DNA of 37,152 nucleotides from Candidatus Woesearchaeota archaeon (GTDB lineage Archaea > Nanobdellota > Nanobdellia > SCGC-AAA011-G17 > JAFCDX01): assembly GCA_018302265.1 (NCBI GenBank), contig JAGVZV010000009.1, positions 1 through 37,152 of the forward strand, in the 5' to 3' direction. A program made the translations under genes and the position numbers. This document shows, in pieces, positions 1 through 9,037 of this stretch. Positions within the stretch are counted from its first letter, which is position 1; each line of letters opens with the position of its first letter. The notes beneath the pieces are model-generated. The model was not told the DNA's origin and made no database searches. It worked only from the letters and a program-made list of their open reading frames with translations.

Positions 1-63
1 ACTAATGGAAGGCTCAGAACTCCATATCAGGCTTTTATTGAAAAAATGAGGAAAAGTTTATGA
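1..63 (+). CDS. 3' end of an unidentified CDS entering from the left edge (...TNGRLRTPYQAFIEKMRKSL*)
   Basis: Open frame 1-60 ending in TGA 61-63; too short to identify. Confidence 0.35.
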   Translation, partial: TNGRLRTPYQAFIEKMRKSL

Positions 64-136
64 ACAAGAGCACTAACTTAAATCAGCAAGAGGACATTAT
101 TTCTGGATAAGACAATTGATTTAAAAAACCGAATGA

Positions 137-144
137 TTTATATA
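137..144 (+). promoter_or_regulatory. Archaeal TATA box for the Sm/eL37/tRNA-Leu unit
   Basis: TTTATATA preceded by a purine-rich BRE-like segment, 28 nt upstream of ATG 173. Confidence 0.6.
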
Positions 145-172
145 TCGCTAAAATCCAGAATTATCGATAAAA

Positions 173-397
173 ATGGAAGCAGAAAGGCCATTGGACGCGC
201 TAAACAATGCAAGGAACAAGAAGGTAATTTTAGAGCTAAAAAATGGGAAGCAACTAATTGGAACCTTGAAGGCATTTGATATTCACATTAATACTGTCCT
301 GGATGGCACAGAAGAAAGAGAAAACGGAGAGGTTAAGAGAAAACTAGGAACTGCTTTTGTGCGCGGTGATACTATAGTAATGATTTCTGTGGCTTAA
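173..397 (+). CDS. Sm-like archaeal protein (SmAP1/Lsm)
   Basis: RPLDAL, G.L..FD.H.N.VL (Sm1) and VRGD (Sm2) motifs; conserved position upstream of rpl37e. Confidence 0.95.
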   Translation: MEAERPLDALNNARNKKVILELKNGKQLIGTLKAFDIHINTVLDGTEERENGEVKRKLGTAFVRGDTIVMISVA

Positions 398-398
398 A

Positions 399-575
399 AT
401 GGCAAAGGGAACTCCTTCTATGGGCATGAAGTCCGGTAAGAAGAATTTTATCAGATGCAGAAGATGCGGCCGAAGAACCTATCATGTTAAAAAGAAAAAG
501 TGCTCCTCTTGCGGCTTTGGCAAGACAACCAAGATGAGAAATTACAACTGGCGCAACCAGAGAAAGAGAAAGTAA
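399..575 (+). CDS. rpl37e: 50S ribosomal protein L37e (eL37), 58 aa, not in the ORF track
   Basis: Manual translation MAKGTPSMGMKSGKKNFIRCRRCGRRTYHVKKKKCSSCGFGKTTKMRNYNWRNQRKRK*: KGT.S.G, CRRCG, C..CGFG zinc finger, R.Y.W. Confidence 0.97.
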   Translation: MAKGTPSMGMKSGKKNFIRCRRCGRRTYHVKKKKCSSCGFGKTTKMRNYNWRNQRKRK

Positions 576-604
576 TTTAAATCAGGATTTCTGGAATTTT
601 ATAT

Positions 605-701
605 GCGGAGATGCCGGAGCGGTCAAACGGGATAATAATCATCCTAGGGTTTAGGCCCTATTGGCTTAGTGCCTGCGCAGGTTCGAATCCTGTTCTCCGC
701 A
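605..701 (+). tRNA. tRNA-Leu(UAG) with a 13-nt non-canonical intron at 29/30 (635-647)
   Basis: Acceptor GCGGAGA/TCTCCGC, A73, long variable arm, T-arm GCAGG-TTCGAAT-CCTGT. Removing 635-647 gives stem ATAGG/CCTAT and loop TT-TAG-GC. BHB central helix GGGA/TCCT with bulges TA^A and AG^G. Confidence 0.92.
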
Positions 702-708
702 GATTTTA

Positions 709-1269
709 TTAATAAAGAATTCTCCTTATCTCAAACTTATCTGTAATTTTCTTAATGGATTCTATAAATACATTTTCATGTTCGGGGTATATTTCTATTA
801 ATCCTGGCTTGAGCAAGTTACCACCATATTTTTTAATCAACCCGTAATTTCCTTTTTTTCCATTTAGCATATAATTAAATCTTATTTTATCCTTCTTTTT
901 TAGATTAATTAAAGAATAGTATACTTGTATTTTTGAATTAAGACCAAATTTTTTTGAAAAGTAATCTCCGGAAATTATGCTTTTCCCATAGAATAGAATA
1001 TTTTCCTTTGCAAAATTTGATTCATCAAAAAAAGAATATAAATCATAAGATTTTACATGAATTGGGATATCTGAAAATTTTTGTAATTGATTTTTTATTG
1101 ATTGAGACTGCTCTAATTGTTCTTTTAAAGGTATTTTATTAAAAATTACAGTTATATCTATATCACTGGGATTAGAATTTTCCATTACAGATGAACCGAA
1201 TTGTACTATATCAAAAACATCCGAACTATAATTCAATTTTGGTTTTTTTTGCCATAAATAGTGCATCAT
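709..1269 (-). CDS. Minimal nucleotidyltransferase (MNT) domain protein with C-terminal extension, putative antitoxin
   Basis: FGSS...SDIDI Pol-beta-like motif; overlaps the upstream HEPN-like gene. Confidence 0.8.
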   Translation of the reverse strand: MMHYLWQKKPKLNYSSDVFDIVQFGSSVMENSNPSDIDITVIFNKIPLKEQLEQSQSIKNQLQKFSDIPIHVKSYDLYSFFDESNFAKENILFYGKSIISGDYFSKKFGLNSKIQVYYSLINLKKKDKIRFNYMLNGKKGNYGLIKKYGGNLLKPGLIEIYPEHENVFIESIKKITDKFEIRRILY

Positions 1270-1567
1270 TTTTAATAACCTCTGCTAATTCTTTTGTCAT
1301 CATTTGGATATAACTATCTTGATAGAAGGGGAAATCTTTGTCTAGAATGTCATAAACATCTGGGAATTTATATTGTACTATTCTGAATCTTTCTGTATGA
1401 GAAGAGGGGGTATCTTTTGTATTTTTAATAATAAACAGATCAATCAAGGCAACAAGAGATTTAAAGTATAAAACAACTGCAGAATTATATCTCTGCTTTT
1501 TTAATTCGTCTTCTGCTGAATTGAAGTATTCTCTTGCAGTTTTTTCTAGTATCTCTTCTTTTTTCAT
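1226..1567 (-). CDS. HEPN-like helical protein, putative partner of the MNT
   Basis: A.EYF..A....RYN.A..LYFK helical pattern and P.SH.ERF segment; 113 aa; paired with MNT. Confidence 0.65.
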   Translation of the reverse strand: MKKEEILEKTAREYFNSAEDELKKQRYNSAVVLYFKSLVALIDLFIIKNTKDTPSSHTERFRIVQYKFPDVYDILDKDFPFYQDSYIQMMTKELAEVIKNDALFMAKKTKIEL

Positions 1568-1648
1568 ACCAAGTAAGAATATTTGTAAGTATTTAAACCT
1601 TTTTATTACTAGGTAAGAAATATATTATTATAGCTTGTTATTTTATTA

Positions 1649-2377
1649 CTAGGTAAGAACTTTCTTAGAAAACCATAACTGTGCCAGGCTTATCAATAAT
1701 ATAAAAATTAGCAATAAGATGATAGAAATTAAGAATCTTAATCCATACACCTCCCCCATTATTGAAATTATAACAAGCAACTTGATTATTAAGTATATAA
1801 TAACCAAAAAGAATAGTAATAAGTAAATCAAGATTAACTTCAATTTTAATAGTGAATTAAGAGCCTCTTTTAAAGCTATTTTAATTGGTTTATCCAGTTT
1901 TAAGTAGATTATTAGTAAATAATAGAAGATTATGAAGAATAAGGCTGTAAATATAATTGGATCATAGGACAGAATTGATTTTAGCGCTATTAAAAAAAGC
2001 AAATAAAACGGAAGAGTGACTATGGAAAATCTTATTAAATATTTTTTAATATCCTTTGAGTCAGATAAATAATAAAAAACTAACCCCTGGAATAGAACCC
2101 AAAATATGAATAATAACAGTGGAATCAACAAATATTGGAATAGCATGAATTTGGTTGCTGTTTTTGTCAGTTCGTTTATGGAAGTTTGCAAGTTAGGCAT
2201 ATTTTCTGTCAGGTTATTCTGAATAGCTGTCTGTAATTCCAGAAGTTTTGGTGATGTTTCTTTTAGAAATTGCAGATAATTCATTATCTGTTCTTTTATC
2301 AGTAGAAATAGTATTACTAATGATGCGGAAAACAGTACATTCAGGGAAAATACTTTCAATCTAAGATATTTTAGCAT
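1649..2377 (-). CDS. Multi-pass membrane protein of unknown function
   Basis: 242 aa with about six hydrophobic segments; TATA-like element upstream. Confidence 0.7.
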   Translation of the reverse strand: MLKYLRLKVFSLNVLFSASLVILFLLIKEQIMNYLQFLKETSPKLLELQTAIQNNLTENMPNLQTSINELTKTATKFMLFQYLLIPLLLFIFWVLFQGLVFYYLSDSKDIKKYLIRFSIVTLPFYLLFLIALKSILSYDPIIFTALFFIIFYYLLIIYLKLDKPIKIALKEALNSLLKLKLILIYLLLFFLVIIYLIIKLLVIISIMGEVYGLRFLISIILLLIFILLISLAQLWFSKKVLT

Positions 2378-2422
2378 GTATAATAAAAATTATAGAGTTT
2401 ATTAAGATTTTGTTATATTAGA

Positions 2423-2932
2423 CTATTTATATTCTCTGGTATATCCAAATTTTTCATATGCCATTAGGCCATAATTATGCAATTTAGTAAGATTCTTTCT
2501 GGTTAATGATTCTGGAAGAAATGGAGATCTCATCCCATCTGAAATCATAATCAGCTCACAAACTTGATGGTTATGATTCCTAAATCTATCATAACGGATA
2601 TTAATAGAACCTAAAACAGGATCTTCGTATCTTTTTTCTACTGGAAACATCTTTGGATCTGCTGTTAGTTGTATATTTGCATCTGCCATTGGATCGTTAG
2701 TAGACCATTTTTGTGTTTTAGTATCCCAATCGTAACGAAATTTAATCTCAGGGTGTCCAAGATATGCTATTTCCTTAGGTGGGACATGAGCATCACAAGA
2801 TAAGAAAATGGTGTGGTCTATAGTTGCAATATCTTTTATGCTATTTGGAGATTCAATGGGCTTACTTTTACAGGATACTAGGCTAGCCAACGAGATGGTT
2901 GCTATTCCAACCCAATATGCTAATTTTTTCAT
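2423..2932 (-). CDS. Putative lipoprotein, hypothetical
   Basis: MKK + hydrophobic stretch + lipobox-like LVS-C. Confidence 0.6.
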   Translation of the reverse strand: MKKLAYWVGIATISLASLVSCKSKPIESPNSIKDIATIDHTIFLSCDAHVPPKEIAYLGHPEIKFRYDWDTKTQKWSTNDPMADANIQLTADPKMFPVEKRYEDPVLGSINIRYDRFRNHNHQVCELIMISDGMRSPFLPESLTRKNLTKLHNYGLMAYEKFGYTREYK

Positions 2933-2971
2933 AATTTTTGTATTATAGAAAAGTATTTTAAATTATCTTTT

Positions 2972-5900
2972 TTAAGTACATACTTCGGATTTTTTATTAG
3001 ATAAAACTTGTTTTATTACTGGTTTTTGTGTAATTAATTGTGTAAACTGAATCTCACTCAATGGAATTATTACACAACTTCCACTCGTTGCTATTCTATT
3101 AGCCTCAAATATATCTTCATTATCTTTATAAGATAAGAAATTTGCTATAAAGTTCTGATCACTAGTTTGGGTGGATGGATAGAAAAGGCTTACTATTCGC
3201 ATGACATTCCAATCAGATGGTACATGAAAATAATAATCTTTTTCCACTTCAGTTGCACCAACACACTTTGCATTAAAAGCAGACCAAGAACATTTGTTAC
3301 ATTGTCCGCACTCAGTGTTATCATAAATACAATTAGATTGGCAGGATAAACATGTATTTTTATATGTTGGAGGGACTATTGCATTAAACCAGCCAAGCCA
3401 ATTTTTTGTTCTAAGATAACAATCTAATTGAGCAGTATCAAACTCGTTACACTTTTGTTCACTTTCACATCCCCCTGAAAGCTGATTACAACCATTACAA
3501 GTCTTTTCGATTTTTCGAAGTGCTACAATATTTAAGGTTACGGTTTTGGTATAATAATTTATATCTAAAACTTTGTAAGTTATACTATATATATCACCAT
3601 AATTTATTGTATTTTCTTCATTAAGTTTATATTCTACTTTAGACAAAAGTTTATGATTATCTGTAAGCTCGATACTATGATCTGCTGTATTAACATTGGT
3701 TAATTCTATTGTTAAGCTAGGATCATCAACTAGGATATAATTTTTTAAGTAAATTTTTTGATTATAATCTAGAGTAACTTTAGCAGATAAACTTTGTGGA
3801 GAAGGACCTATTTTAGAGATACAACCTGAATCAGTCCACATGCAAGTTTCCTGTTCAGTATCACATTCTTCCTTAGTACGAGTTCTACATTCTACTACTA
3901 CTTTTTCTGCACAAATTCCTCCTTCACAATATCCGCTAGCACAATCTCCATTTATGGAACAAATTTCTTCTATTCCCGATTTAATTTTTTCTGCTCCCGC
4001 AGATTGTATGGTCTCTTCTTCTACAGTTTCTGGTTTTGGAATTGTAACTGTTCCAGCAAGTGAAGCATAAATCTCTGCAGTGCTGATCTGCGCAAGTATC
4101 TTATAACTAGGATTCAAAGAATAATCTATAAGCGTTTTATATGTGATGCTATCAACTCCGTTTATGAACAAATTAATCAAATCACTTCCTTTAAGAGATA
4201 TTCTTTTGGCTTCTAACCCTTCATAGTATGCTTTGGCTTTATCCTCGCTGAAGTATTTCTTAAGCTGCTCTTCACTAAGCGTTATTTTTGCATTTAATTC
4301 AGCGCTAGTAGAAATAATTCCCTTTTGTATTTCTTCCATGGTTTCTATATTTTTGACGCTGACACTGCTCATATCAATCCAGCACTTTCCAAGGCTATTG
4401 CCCTGCTTGTCCTGGCCGCATGTTCCTATATCCTGCCAACGATCAGATTCAGATGCTTTTCCCGGATTTAATACAGAACATGTTCTTATAATTCCGGAGC
4501 TTATTAATCCATACTCTTGTGGAAGTATTACTCCTCCAAGAGAAGAGGATGTCCTTGGAACATCAGATACGCACTTATCAGCGCTTGTAATGCTCTTTGT
4601 CAGTGCATCACTCTTGACTATTCTATCGTTCAATGCATTAATCGAGTATGCTGTACTTACCTTTCCAAATCCGCAATCCTCTTTTCCATTGATGTAAACA
4701 CAAATCTTATTCATTCCTCTTGGTCCTAGTTTTTCTACGCTAACATCTCTATGTCCATCATAAGGAACTGTGTCATACAACTGATTAGAATTTCTTACTG
4801 TAACAGGCAAAGTTCTTCCTAAATCATCTCTAAGATAAACTGCATATTTAACTCCCTCTCTTGCATATCCTGTTTTAGCTATGTCGGGGATATTCCCTGC
4901 ATAAATAAAATAATAAACACTGTACATTGACTGCTCGGATGATTGCATTCCGTATTGCGTGCTGTATGTTCTTCCTGCTGTAACAGCCCATGGAGCCTCA
5001 TCAAATGTTGCAGTGAATTGAGGCGGATTTTCTGCCTCTGCCAACTGATCTACAAACTCTCCAACATCCCCGAATTTTCCGTATATTGCTGCCTCACAGA
5101 TTGTTGACCCCATTTCAGCTGTTGATCTCCCCTTAAAAGCTGCAAATGCGCTTGATCCGTATTCTGAAGTAAAATATTTTACTGAGTCTGAAACGGCATT
5201 TATATTCTGGTTGAAATTTAAGTACTCGCCACCGCTTCCCTCTGTTACGCCAAATACTTTTCCAGATATCATAGCAGATAAGCTCCCGCGCAGCTTGAAA
5301 ATATTAATCAATTCCTGCCAGAACAACTTACATACTCCTACAGACCTTATCTTGTCGCAGATTCCTATATTCTCGTGATCAATTTTAGCAGCTGATAGGC
5401 ATTCCTTAAATCCTTCAAGCAGTGATCTGATACTTCTCAAACCAGCCAGTATACCTGGCAGACAAACTGGAACTGGATCATCTGGGAAATTAGGCAATCC
5501 CAAAACAATGGATCCAATTATTCCTGTGTCAACTACTGTTCCTCTCGTCAGTGGATATTTTCCTCCAAGATTAAATCTGGATGGAGGGCACATTACAGGA
5601 TCACATACAGCAAATAAAATCTTGCAATCACTTGGATCCATAACATCCTGGCAGTGGGTTTGCTGTCCTATCTGGGTTATTCTATAAGCAGACTGTGAGC
5701 AGGCAAATTCTGTCTTCCCGATTGTTTTGCTCTGTCCATCCTTGCAAGAACCAACACTTTTTGAAATAGTAGTGCACTTACCGCCTATAGCTGCAGTTAT
5801 TCTGTCCTTTCCAGCTTTTAGCAAATCATCTCCAGAACATGGCTCTCCATCAACTCCAACATTCCAGTATTCACAATCATCCGGGTCTCCAGTTGCATAC

Positions 5901-8900
5901 CAGCTTAGCACTTTTATGAAGTTTCCATTCTCTCCAGTGGGTATACAGTACGGTCTTCCCTCATTATCAAACTGCGCCTTTGCATTTGAAGCATAATTAT
6001 TTCTTTCTCCAACATCTGTCAATTCAATGGTTTCAAGGGCTGCGTAGAATTGGCCTTTACCATCTTTAAATAATCTGTAATTCTGTTCTCCTGCTTCTAA
6101 CACCAAAGGTTCTGTTAATTTATTCAAGTTGCTTACACAATCAGGAGTGCTTTCCAATTTTGTATCAACACAGTTTACTTTATAATCGGCATTTAATGGA
6201 TTGTTGGCATTGTCTCTTTGCGTAGCAGGTAAAAATTCGTACTGTGTTGAAGCCATAAGCTGCCCCTGAGAATCAACAGAGATAAGATTGTATTTATCCC
6301 CCCCAGAAGAATATGCCTCAACTTTTATATTTTCTTTATTCGCAAGAGGAGCCATCTTCATTTCTGCAAGCTTTGTATTTATTTCATTGAAATCATCCTC
6401 AAGTTTTTTAGTGGCATCTTCGCCAGACCCGTAATATGTGGTATGACGCAATGCAGCCTTGTATTTTGAATTATAACTATTAACAAATTTTGCTTTTTCC
6501 TTGTCAGATGAGTCCTTGTTTACGCTAATCTCATTTTTAGTGGCAGTTATTGCTGCGCTCATTGCTTTTTGCTTGGCGGTAATAGATTCTTCAGTTCCTT
6601 TACACTCGTCCTGGAGCGATTTTAATCCATCCCCGCTTAATTTTTTTTCATATAATTTACACTTGTAAAGAGCCAGCCACTCGCTTGATTCAATTTTATC
6701 TGCAGCGCCTAATTCCATCGTGTTTTTATCAAATCCTTGCGGGTAATACGGAGTTAGCTCTTCAACTGAGGAAAAACAGTCTTCTCCCTTTTTATTGCAT
6801 TCTAAAACCTTTTGCTGTTCTTGTTCAAGAACATTCAATTCATCTTCTATCAGTTTAGCATGATTATTCATGCACTTATCAAATGTGTTCTGTCCAAGAG
6901 CAACCTCTTTTTCGCATATTTTATTGTAACGTGGCATAACATCCTTTCTGGCCATATTTCTATCAGCTCCGGCAAGGAATGAATTTTTGATAGTCACCCA
7001 TGCAAACGTTGCAAAGCAGACATACTTCCAGGATTTTATCATGCTGTCTAACTGGCTTATGTATCTGTCAAGAATTTCTATCTGTTTTGTTGTCTCATTG
7101 ATCATCTTGTCTATTTGACCTGGAGTCCATTGAACCAGTCTCTTCTCTATAGGAATGTGTATCATAAAAGAGGATTCAGAATAAGTATCTCCTCCGCCAG
7201 GCATTACAGTAACATAAGCGCTTTTTTTTGAATCAACTTTTTTAAGAGTCAACTGATGTCCATCCACGTCCTTATTTTGCTCATAATCTAAATACAGAGT
7301 TTGACTTCCACTGGTTTTTCCCTGCACATATTTTTGGATAACGACACGTTCTGAATAAATATTAATAACTTTCCAATAAGATATAATTTTTCCATCTTTG
7401 TCTGTTTCTTTAATATTTTCAACAGTATCTCCTTCATAATAAATACCAGAAGCGGAACTAGCTCCAGCCTCTCTATCTTCTATTGTAGCAGAAGTTTTAT
7501 CAGTGACTGGAGGAATAATCACATCAAGCAGTGTAACCCTAACACCCTCATCCTCCAAGTAAACAGGCTCGGATTTTGATTTGCTGAATAATTGATTTTC
7601 TATGGCAGATATTGATTTTTCTACAGATGCAACATTGGAAACTCTTTTCAGGTAATACAATGCCAAAGACCTTGATGTGTCCATGTCCTCATCAGTCAAG
7701 AAATCAGAAAGCGAGAAATAAGCCTCTCCTATTCCCCTGTACACCTGATCCCTTATGTTTACATCTTCAGTCATAGCCTGCTCGTAGTGGGATATTGCTG
7801 TGCAGTATAATTTTCTTGCATTAATCTTTTTTATGTCATCAGTCTCATCTGATTTTATCAAGTCAGATAGTTTATTTTGCAGTTCGGAATCATCTTCATT
7901 GATTAAAGCACTTTCATCACATATATTTTTCTTGTTTTCTTCTAAATTCTCATCTGTCGTCTCCTCCTTGAATGTTGTTCCCTTCTCGCCCTCCTGTTTT
8001 TTTGTTAGCATCAGTGTTCTCTTTTCACCGACGCCATTCCTTAGTATAACACTATACTGTTTTTCTCCTGGATTTTTTGCAGTTTGCTCAAGTATGTTAT
8101 AAACTTTCCAATTAGAACCAGAAGCAATGCTCATATCCTCAACAATAATCTTGTAATCAGTTCCGTCCATTGACTCAACTTTTAATTTAACTTCCTTTTG
8201 TATATCTCCAATCTTATTCAATTTTATTCTTACCTGATCATGGAAAAATGCCGAGGAACCCGGGATTGTTATGGTTTTAATATCTCCTTTGCTCAATAAT
8301 AAAACCCCGCGTTCATTGTATCTCTCTAAGTTCTGATTTTCCTCTTCAGAACTGAACAACAACCCAAGCGGGGATATTGCAGAATCATAAACCTGGATTT
8401 TAGCCACATTATTTTCTATATCCACTAACCTCAGATAGCCCTTTCCGTTCCAGAATGAATTTTTATATGACTGACCTTTCCATTGATCCTCATTTAATTC
8501 TCTCAGAGCGAGGTCTGATGATGAAGCGCCTGCAAATCCACGCATGAGATCAAAATATATCCTTGCGCTCATGTTAAGAGTTATTTCTTCAGGAACTTTT
8601 GTTTCATCTTTTATCTGCCTTAGTGTAACAATTACATAACCCAGATTGTCTATAGTCAGTGATCCCTTATTTGGCTGTTGGTACTTAATTCCTCGGACAT
8701 AGCTGCTGGATGATCCACTAGGAGTTACTACAACCCTATTTATATTTGGATTAGAGATGAATGGTTCTGTTTCTGGAGCATTTTCACCCATAAAACTTCC
8801 AAGGGTGATACCTTTAAGAAAAACATATACTGGAACATCTGTTGCCTCTATTTGTGTGCTTACAAGCGAAGCTGGCTCGTTATTAACAACATTTATGCTG

Positions 8901-9037
8901 ATAACTTCTCCTAAATCTTCTGAAATTGTGCTAGATGATTGGGCATAAACAGACATAGGTGTTACTATCATTAACAGCATCAGTGTTAGTGCCATTAATT
9001 TTTTACTCGGGTTCTTTAAAGTATTTGGATCCTGCAT
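2972..9037 (-). CDS. Giant (2021 aa) secreted Cys-rich surface protein with a TPR-like segment, central hydrophobic/Cys-rich core, C-terminal small disulfide modules and a degenerate LysM-like end
   Basis: Signal peptide KKLMALTLMLLMIVTPMSVYA/Q; uninterrupted 6-kb ORF; start overlaps the upstream gene; Cys modules such as CSINGDCASGYCEGGIC. Confidence 0.8.
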   Translation of the reverse strand: MQDPNTLKNPSKKLMALTLMLLMIVTPMSVYAQSSSTISEDLGEVISINVVNNEPASLVSTQIEATDVPVYVFLKGITLGSFMGENAPETEPFISNPNINRVVVTPSGSSSSYVRGIKYQQPNKGSLTIDNLGYVIVTLRQIKDETKVPEEITLNMSARIYFDLMRGFAGASSSDLALRELNEDQWKGQSYKNSFWNGKGYLRLVDIENNVAKIQVYDSAISPLGLLFSSEEENQNLERYNERGVLLLSKGDIKTITIPGSSAFFHDQVRIKLNKIGDIQKEVKLKVESMDGTDYKIIVEDMSIASGSNWKVYNILEQTAKNPGEKQYSVILRNGVGEKRTLMLTKKQEGEKGTTFKEETTDENLEENKKNICDESALINEDDSELQNKLSDLIKSDETDDIKKINARKLYCTAISHYEQAMTEDVNIRDQVYRGIGEAYFSLSDFLTDEDMDTSRSLALYYLKRVSNVASVEKSISAIENQLFSKSKSEPVYLEDEGVRVTLLDVIIPPVTDKTSATIEDREAGASSASGIYYEGDTVENIKETDKDGKIISYWKVINIYSERVVIQKYVQGKTSGSQTLYLDYEQNKDVDGHQLTLKKVDSKKSAYVTVMPGGGDTYSESSFMIHIPIEKRLVQWTPGQIDKMINETTKQIEILDRYISQLDSMIKSWKYVCFATFAWVTIKNSFLAGADRNMARKDVMPRYNKICEKEVALGQNTFDKCMNNHAKLIEDELNVLEQEQQKVLECNKKGEDCFSSVEELTPYYPQGFDKNTMELGAADKIESSEWLALYKCKLYEKKLSGDGLKSLQDECKGTEESITAKQKAMSAAITATKNEISVNKDSSDKEKAKFVNSYNSKYKAALRHTTYYGSGEDATKKLEDDFNEINTKLAEMKMAPLANKENIKVEAYSSGGDKYNLISVDSQGQLMASTQYEFLPATQRDNANNPLNADYKVNCVDTKLESTPDCVSNLNKLTEPLVLEAGEQNYRLFKDGKGQFYAALETIELTDVGERNNYASNAKAQFDNEGRPYCIPTGENGNFIKVLSWYATGDPDDCEYWNVGVDGEPCSGDDLLKAGKDRITAAIGGKCTTISKSVGSCKDGQSKTIGKTEFACSQSAYRITQIGQQTHCQDVMDPSDCKILFAVCDPVMCPPSRFNLGGKYPLTRGTVVDTGIIGSIVLGLPNFPDDPVPVCLPGILAGLRSIRSLLEGFKECLSAAKIDHENIGICDKIRSVGVCKLFWQELINIFKLRGSLSAMISGKVFGVTEGSGGEYLNFNQNINAVSDSVKYFTSEYGSSAFAAFKGRSTAEMGSTICEAAIYGKFGDVGEFVDQLAEAENPPQFTATFDEAPWAVTAGRTYSTQYGMQSSEQSMYSVYYFIYAGNIPDIAKTGYAREGVKYAVYLRDDLGRTLPVTVRNSNQLYDTVPYDGHRDVSVEKLGPRGMNKICVYINGKEDCGFGKVSTAYSINALNDRIVKSDALTKSITSADKCVSDVPRTSSSLGGVILPQEYGLISSGIIRTCSVLNPGKASESDRWQDIGTCGQDKQGNSLGKCWIDMSSVSVKNIETMEEIQKGIISTSAELNAKITLSEEQLKKYFSEDKAKAYYEGLEAKRISLKGSDLINLFINGVDSITYKTLIDYSLNPSYKILAQISTAEIYASLAGTVTIPKPETVEEETIQSAGAEKIKSGIEEICSINGDCASGYCEGGICAEKVVVECRTRTKEECDTEQETCMWTDSGCISKIGPSPQSLSAKVTLDYNQKIYLKNYILVDDPSLTIELTNVNTADHSIELTDNHKLLSKVEYKLNEENTINYGDIYSITYKVLDINYYTKTVTLNIVALRKIEKTCNGCNQLSGGCESEQKCNEFDTAQLDCYLRTKNWLGWFNAIVPPTYKNTCLSCQSNCIYDNTECGQCNKCSWSAFNAKCVGATEVEKDYYFHVPSDWNVMRIVSLFYPSTQTSDQNFIANFLSYKDNEDIFEANRIATSGSCVIIPLSEIQFTQLITQKPVIKQVLSNKKSEVCT

